The notes under the pieces: generated by a model
The model's database searches: none
What the model was told of the DNA's origin: nothing
Seen by the model: only the letters and a program-made list of their open reading frames with translations
Assembly: GCA_045130395.1 (NCBI GenBank)
Contig: JBGUPS010000014.1
Coordinates: forward strand, 22,228-86,227
Reading direction: 5' to 3'
Origin: Candidatus Cryptobacteroides sp.
Lineage (GTDB): Bacteria; Bacteroidota; Bacteroidia; Bacteroidales; UBA932
Length of the DNA stretch: 64,000 nucleotides
Made by a program: the position numbers and the translations under genes
Shown here: positions 58,215-64,000 of the stretch, one piece after another
How positions within the stretch are numbered: position 1 is the first letter of the stretch
How the letters are laid out: every line of letters begins with the position of its first letter

Positions 58215-60820
58215 TACTGGTTAGCAGGTACTATGTTACCGGTAATTGTATAACCGGGCCCGACAAAAGTATAGCTTTCGTCTGCATTCTTAACAAGGGT
58301 CATGGTCTCGCCTTCGTTAATCAGGACCAGGTTTTCACCACTGTAATAGTAGGAGCCACCGATACCCCAACCCCAGGCAGACAGGTCGTAACCATTACCC
58401 ATCACGTGATCCTCGGAAGGATAGCTCTTGCAAGTGTATGATCCGGCAAGGTTTCCGCCCTCTGCAATAACCAGTTCCATGCCGGCTACAACATTATTCT
58501 GAGCATCGGCCATGGTCATGGTATGCTTCTCTACACCGGCAACAGGCTGATAGTTGGCATCGGTAACAGCGCCCACCGTATCATAAATGTTGAGGCCCTC
58601 AAGGTTCACAGAGAACTTAGCGTTGATGATATAACCATTCCCTTTGAAGGTGTAGGTTCCATCAGCATTGGCAGTCAGGGTCATCGTTTCGCCCTCTTCA
58701 ATGAGGACCAGTTCTTCTCCCTTATAATAATAGGAGCCACCGATACCCCAGCCCATGGCGGTCAGGTCGTAACCATTACCCATCAGGTAAGCCTCGGAAG
58801 GATAGCTCTTGCAAGTGTATTCACCGGTAAGAACGCCGCCCTCGGCAATAACCAGTTCCCAACCGGCCACAACATTATTCTGGGCATCCTTCATGGTCAG
58901 GGTGTGCTTCTCCACACCGGCAACAGGCTGCCAGGAGGCATCAGTCACAGCACTCACAACATCGGTAATATAAAGACCACCGATCTCGATTACCTTTGCA
59001 TCGCCGGCATCCTCAACGGTGATATCGTAGATATGGACCTCTGCAGGTTCCTCGACGCCGCTGAAGGTGAAGACCATCTTAAGAGGTTCGCCAAAGCCCG
59101 CGGTCTTTGCAAAAACAAGGACAGTCTCGGTATAAGCCTCGCAATCGACTTCCAGCGTACCAATAGCCTTCTCGGCATTCACCGTACTGGCAGGAATGAC
59201 ACCCACTTTCATGGCAGCACCGGTCCAAACTTTGGCGGATACCTTGTAATATCTGTCTTCGGAGAGGACGATGTTATCAAGCGGCATCAGCTGCAGCTGG
59301 CCTTCGGTCTTGCTATCCCAAGTGAAGGAATAGTGACCGCGATCCTGGGTGATGGTCGGGAAACCAGAAGTGGGATACTGGAAGTGTTCTTCATCTGCAG
59401 CAAGCCACAGGTTGGTTGCAGCCAGATATTCCTCGGAAGGATTGTACTTGAAAGTAGGAATGGGAGGTTCCTGGCCTTCTGCCAGAAGCCCGTCAACAGG
59501 ACCGGTAAAGGAGGCTGTTACAACCTCAGATTCCAGCGTGAAGGTGAACTTGCCATCATTGAAGCCAATGGTAAGCGTACCGTCAAGGACATTTTCAAAC
59601 TGATTACCGGCGGCGGTGTGGTGTACCCAGTTGGTACCGGAACCGGGGCCGTAGTCTCCGGTATAGCCAATACCGAACTCGCCCTCACCAACGGATCCGC
59701 CAACAGCGCAAGCCTTGTAGACGCCGGGTTTGACCTTACCGTCTTCGGTGTAGAATTCGAGTTTGAGGAAGTCGCCCTCTCCGGAGTAAACATTGCTCCA
59801 GGTTGCAGCATCGTAAGTGGAGGTAACGCTGCCGTCAGAGAGTTCGATGCCGATAAGATGGACATCATATCCTGCATAAAGCTCGAAATAATTGGTCACA
59901 TTCATCACCGTGTTCAGGAGCTTTGCTCCGGGGACATAACCTTCGGGAGCGCAGAAGAAGCTGTAACCGGTGCTGCCGTCGATGGTGTACATACCGTCAC
60001 CCATAGCGGTTACGGTGATGGTTTCACCAGGCTGGATGATAACGACATTTCCATCCTGCACATAGTAAGAGCCAATTACCCAACTGCCGTCGGGAAGGCC
60101 CACATACTGACTCATATCAAAGCCGTTGCCGGCGGTAAGGTCTTCGTGGGCATATTCCTTGACCGTGTAGGTACCGGCAAGGTCTTTGGTGCCGTTCGGG
60201 CGGATCAGTTTGATCTGTGCGGCAAAGTCCCCGTTCTTATCGGTAAGATAGAGCGTATGGGACTCTACATCGGGATAGGCGACGTTGTCACTGTCGGTGC
60301 AATCATTGGCAACCGTGTCGGTATAGTAGAACTCGGGCTCCAGGATAGCATCTTTCTCAAAAGCGATATCGCCCTTCCAAGAGGTCTTGTAAGGAGTTCC
60401 GTCCTCAAGGAAAACGATAGTACTGATCGAGTAAGCGTTTTCACAGCCTTCCTCGGTAGCAATTTCCTGCAAGAGCTCCACGTTTACAAAACCCTGCTTA
60501 ATGTTCTTTCCACCGATAGTGGACTCGCCAAGTATGAAGTTGCCGTTCTTGGCAACAGCATCGATAGCCTCGGTGTACTGGTTGGCGGTAAGGAAGTACT
60601 TATTACCTACAAGTACGAGGTGCATGGGGGTGGAGCCGGTGAAGTCGAGGGTAAAGAGACGCCGACCGGTTTCGTCCATTTCAGCATCAGCCGTAACGCT
60701 GCTATACTGCACTTCCGTAGCATCCGGGAACTTGCCTGTCAAAGGCGCAATCTCGGACTTGGCGCAGGATACAACGGCCAGAGCCGCCACCATCATTGCG
60801 TATATAAGTGTTCTTTTCAT
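58214..60820 (-). CDS. surface lipoprotein downstream of susD with three copies of an about 120-aa domain (putative glycan-binding protein)
   Basis: Lipobox VVSC; near-identical C-terminal repeats 381 bp (127 aa) apart plus a diverged earlier copy. Confidence 0.7.
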
Positions 60821-60832
60821 AATTCGTATCTA

Positions 60833-62398
60833 TTAGTAGTTGGGATTCTGCTTGCAGTTCTTGTTAAGCATGGTCTCGGTGTAAGGATACGGGAGACGCT
60901 CGTGTTTATCCTTCTTGTAACCATAGATAGAGCGGCCGGTAGTGACATACTCAACATTACCGTTCGGCTCCATCACGGGATAAACCTTACCGGCTTCCTT
61001 CAGGAGGTCGTAGGCATCACCCCAGCGCTGGATGTCCTGGAAACGGACACCTTCGGCGCAGAGTTCCAGACGTTTTTCCATCTTGATGTCGTTCAGAGTA
61101 ACACCGTTGAGAGCGGGAAGCTGTGCACGGGTACGAACACGGTTGACATAATTAACGGCTACATCGGGATGACCGGCCTGGAGGTTGGCCTCAGCACCCA
61201 GCAGGAGCACCTCGGCGAAGCGCATCCACAGCGGGTTCTTGGTGTTGATCATACTATAGAAAGAGAGTTCTTCCGTGAGGTAGCGGCCCTTCCAGTTGTA
61301 GATACCGGTAGAAAGCGTAGGCATATTCCACTGAACACCCATTTCCTTAAGCTCATCGTAAGTCTTGAGGGTCTGGAGGCGGCGGTAGCTGTCCTTGCCC
61401 TCCCAAGACTCGAAGGCAGCCAGGAGTTCCTCGGTGGGGACCATGAAGCCCCAGCCGGGGCCGGCCACATTCTCGGGAATGGTCATCTCACCGGAAGATG
61501 CACGCCAGCTCACCATGGCACCATACATATCGAAGTTGTCACCCTGGTTGTCAAGGTCGTTCACGCGGATGCTCTCAAAGAGGTCCTCGCAGTTCATCTT
61601 GTACTGGGGGTGACGCTGGTCGCCGTAAGGGCCTGCGGTAAAGAGGTCGTACAGATTGGAATTGACAACGGCATTCAGCTGATCGGCAGCCTTCTGGTAA
61701 TAGCTGTTGTCATTGAGAGCCCATGCCATCCAGATGTAAGCCTTGCCAAGGAGGGCCTGAGCAAACTGTTTGGTCACACGCCAGGTAGTGTTGTCGTTGA
61801 GGCTGGTCTTCTGGGCCAGAGCGCCGGATTCGATGGCATAAGTGAGGTCGTCCTCAATCAGTTTCCACAGGTCCTCGGTTTTACCGTTGGCCTGAGCGTA
61901 CTCGGACGGAGCCAGTTCGTGGTCCACGATGGGCGGGTTGCCCCAAAGAGTGGTGAGCTCGAAGTAGGCCCAGCCACGGAAAAGGTGAGCTTCTGCCACA
62001 GCTTGTGCGGCGGCTCCGCTTTGTTCGGGTTTGATATGACCCAGGATTACGTTGGCCTTATAGATGAGTTTATAATAGCCCTCGAAGGTACCCTGAATCT
62101 GCTCGGACTCGGAGTTGAAGGCGAAGTCTCCAAGGGCATCCATCTGGGCGTTGTCACCACGGGAAGCGCCACCGGAGAAGTAATCGTCGGAGAGAACATT
62201 CTTCACCAGCATCACGTTGTAGTACCAGCCACGGACGTCGCTGTACATAGTAATACCGGCAGATTGAATCTCGTCGTCGGTCTTATAGAAAGTATCGTAG
62301 TCGATGACGCCTTTACGAGGAATATCCAGCTGCTTGTCGCAGGAAGGGACGAAGATAAAGGCCGTCAGGATTGCAAGGATGATATATCTTGTTTTCAT
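60833..62398 (-). CDS. susD: RagB/SusD family lipoprotein
   Basis: Lipobox PSC..L; AEAHLFRGWAYFEL..LWG..P; RFAEVLL..AEA; ERRLEL.EG.RF.D..RWG-like motif. Confidence 0.95.
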   Translation of the reverse strand: MKTRYIILAILTAFIFVPSCDKQLDIPRKGVIDYDTFYKTDDEIQSAGITMYSDVRGWYYNVMLVKNVLSDDYFSGGASRGDNAQMDALGDFAFNSESEQIQGTFEGYYKLIYKANVILGHIKPEQSGAAAQAVAEAHLFRGWAYFELTTLWGNPPIVDHELAPSEYAQANGKTEDLWKLIEDDLTYAIESGALAQKTSLNDNTTWRVTKQFAQALLGKAYIWMAWALNDNSYYQKAADQLNAVVNSNLYDLFTAGPYGDQRHPQYKMNCEDLFESIRVNDLDNQGDNFDMYGAMVSWRASSGEMTIPENVAGPGWGFMVPTEELLAAFESWEGKDSYRRLQTLKTYDELKEMGVQWNMPTLSTGIYNWKGRYLTEELSFYSMINTKNPLWMRFAEVLLLGAEANLQAGHPDVAVNYVNRVRTRAQLPALNGVTLNDIKMEKRLELCAEGVRFQDIQRWGDAYDLLKEAGKVYPVMEPNGNVEYVTTGRSIYGYKKDKHERLPYPYTETMLNKNCKQNPNY

Positions 62399-62410
62399 AT
62401 TCGTACCGGA

Positions 62411-64000
62411 TTAGAAAGTGACATTTACACCGAAGACCACCTTCTTGGAGGTAGGATAGTTACCCTTGTCCACGCCCATGGAAGCACCCTGACCAATGAT
62501 TTCAGGATCGAAGCCCGGATACTTGGTGAAGGTGAAGAAGTCGTCAAGTGAGACATAGAGGCGAAGGTTGTCGATGAAAATCTTGCGGGTGAGGTTCTTC
62601 GGGAAGGTGTAACCCAACTGGATCTGCTTGATTTTCATGTAGCTGGCATCGAAGACAACGCCACTGGACACCAGATACTGGGTGTAGTTGGGAGCCTTGG
62701 CAGCGGGAGTGGTACCATTGGGATTGCTGACAGTCCAACGGTTTTCGGTAAGGAAGGTTAGGCGGTTGGTGGGATAGTCAACGTTGCAAAGGGCGTTGAG
62801 AATCTTGTTGCCACCGGCGCCGGACAGGAACAGGACGAAGTCAATTCCCTTCCAACCAGCGTTGAAGGTGAGACCGTAGTTGTAAGTAGGGATACCGGAA
62901 CCCAGGTCGCGACGGTCGCTGTCGGTAGGAGCCGTAGTGGGTTCCTTGGTGCCGTCTTCGTTATAGTGGTTGAAGAGAGCTTCACCAGTTTCGGGCTTAA
63001 CGCCTAAATACTCAAAACCATACAGGTGCCATGCCGGATAGCCTTTCTCGAAGCGGGTCACAGCACCGTAGTTACGTACGGAGGTACCGCTGATACCATC
63101 CTTCAGCGTGGGGTGCAGATAGGTTACACGGTTCTTAAGGGTGGAAATGTTACCGCTGATGCTGTAGAAGAAGTCACCCACCTGGTCTTTCCAGCGGAGT
63201 TCCAGTTCAATACCCTGGTTGTCGATGTTACCGGCATTCAGAGGAGAAGCGCCGATACCCACGATAGTGGAAGTGGTAACACCGGTTACGATGAGGTCCT
63301 TGGTGGCCTTGTCAAACCAGTCGAAGGTAACCGACAGACGATCCCGGAGGAAACGGACGTCGAGACCCACGTTGAACTGCTCGGAGGTTTCCCACTTCAG
63401 TTCCTGGTTACCGGCAGCGGACGGGGCATAACCGATAATGTATTCGTAAGAGCCGTCAGCCTTGAGCAGGCCGGTAGGATACTGGCCGCTAGAAGCGATG
63501 TCGTTTGCATACTGATAACCGCCCAGACCGGCGATGGAACCGTTCTGACCCCAGCTCACGCGCAGTTTTGCAAAAGTAACGGCGTTCTTGATAGGGGCGA
63601 AGAACTTTTCTTCGGAGAGGGTCCAACCAGCCGATACGGAAGGGAAGTAACCCCAACGCATGGGCTTGGGAAGGATGGCCAGGTCGGCAGCATCGGCACG
63701 GAAGGTAGCCTGAACATTGTACCTGTTCGCGTAGCTCCAGCCCACACGGCCGAAGTAGGAATATCTGCGGCTAAAGCTCTCCATACCACCGCCAACGCTC
63801 TTGGTAGCGGTAGGGGTTGCCTGGCTGATGTAGTAGAACAGAGGGTCGTCGCGCTTGAGACCGAAGTCGATGACGCCACCATTGTCGGAACCGCTAACGC
63901 CGGAGTTGGCGCCGTAGCTACGGTTCTGGCTATAGGAAACACCCACCATGGCACTCACATTGTGCTTGCCGAACTGGTGCATCCAGTTGGCGAAGTTTTC
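62411..64000 (-). CDS. susC: SusC/RagA TonB-dependent transporter, C-terminal part (frame open to the window edge)
   Basis: SYFGRVG.SY..RY, FPSVSAGW, KLR.SWG.NG, LKWETSEQ.NVGLD, N.G.I.N.GIE, C-terminal GVNVTF. Confidence 0.95.
   Translation of the reverse strand, partial: ENFANWMHQFGKHNVSAMVGVSYSQNRSYGANSGVSGSDNGGVIDFGLKRDDPLFYYISQATPTATKSVGGGMESFSRRYSYFGRVGWSYANRYNVQATFRADAADLAILPKPMRWGYFPSVSAGWTLSEEKFFAPIKNAVTFAKLRVSWGQNGSIAGLGGYQYANDIASSGQYPTGLLKADGSYEYIIGYAPSAAGNQELKWETSEQFNVGLDVRFLRDRLSVTFDWFDKATKDLIVTGVTTSTIVGIGASPLNAGNIDNQGIELELRWKDQVGDFFYSISGNISTLKNRVTYLHPTLKDGISGTSVRNYGAVTRFEKGYPAWHLYGFEYLGVKPETGEALFNHYNEDGTKEPTTAPTDSDRRDLGSGIPTYNYGLTFNAGWKGIDFVLFLSGAGGNKILNALCNVDYPTNRLTFLTENRWTVSNPNGTTPAAKAPNYTQYLVSSGVVFDASYMKIKQIQLGYTFPKNLTRKIFIDNLRLYVSLDDFFTFTKYPGFDPEIIGQGASMGVDKGNYPTSKKVVFGVNVTF

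Noticed and set aside
58523-62551. Very long opposite-strand or alternative-frame ORFs (e.g. 58523-62551 +, 54256-57357, 45442-47730 -, 11468-13849 -)
   Set aside because: They overlap well-supported genes, have no recognisable motifs, and are expected shadows of GC-biased codon usage.

Overview
High-GC Bacteroidales chromosome segment, probably a gut or rumen lineage (inferred from TAnnTTTG promoters, susC/susD, type V pilus genes and the tmRNA tag ANNNYALAA). In order: housekeeping block (murF partial, dut, lptF/G, tgt, nucleoside MFS); 7-gene ssb-like plus type V (Mfa/Fim) pilus operon; NlpC/P60; tmRNA. Next is a repeat-studded accessory region (about 15.9-28.2 kb). It holds a CotH kinase, gene fragments, a LolA-like gene, an LPD3/BECR-like small protein with a convergent structured sRNA candidate, a HEPN-like gene, and a Type IIG restriction-modification gene. 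The C-terminal specificity region of that R-M gene lies on an invertible segment: a perfect 22-bp inverted repeat, a silent alternative C-terminus on the opposite strand, and an abutting Mpi-family serine invertase. After the NERD gene come recF/TPR/yebC, an esterase-GT4-kinase-S26 peptidase-PqqD-ABC operon, lpdA, DUF1538/P-II genes and nucleobase transporters. The window ends in an esterase-rich PUL (CBM48-CE1-type esterases, two GH3, acyltransferase, repeat lipoprotein, susD, partial susC) carrying two inverted 107-bp MITE-like elements. The best-supported unusual system is the invertase-driven Type IIG R-M specificity switch. Family assignments are from motif recognition; no database searches were run.
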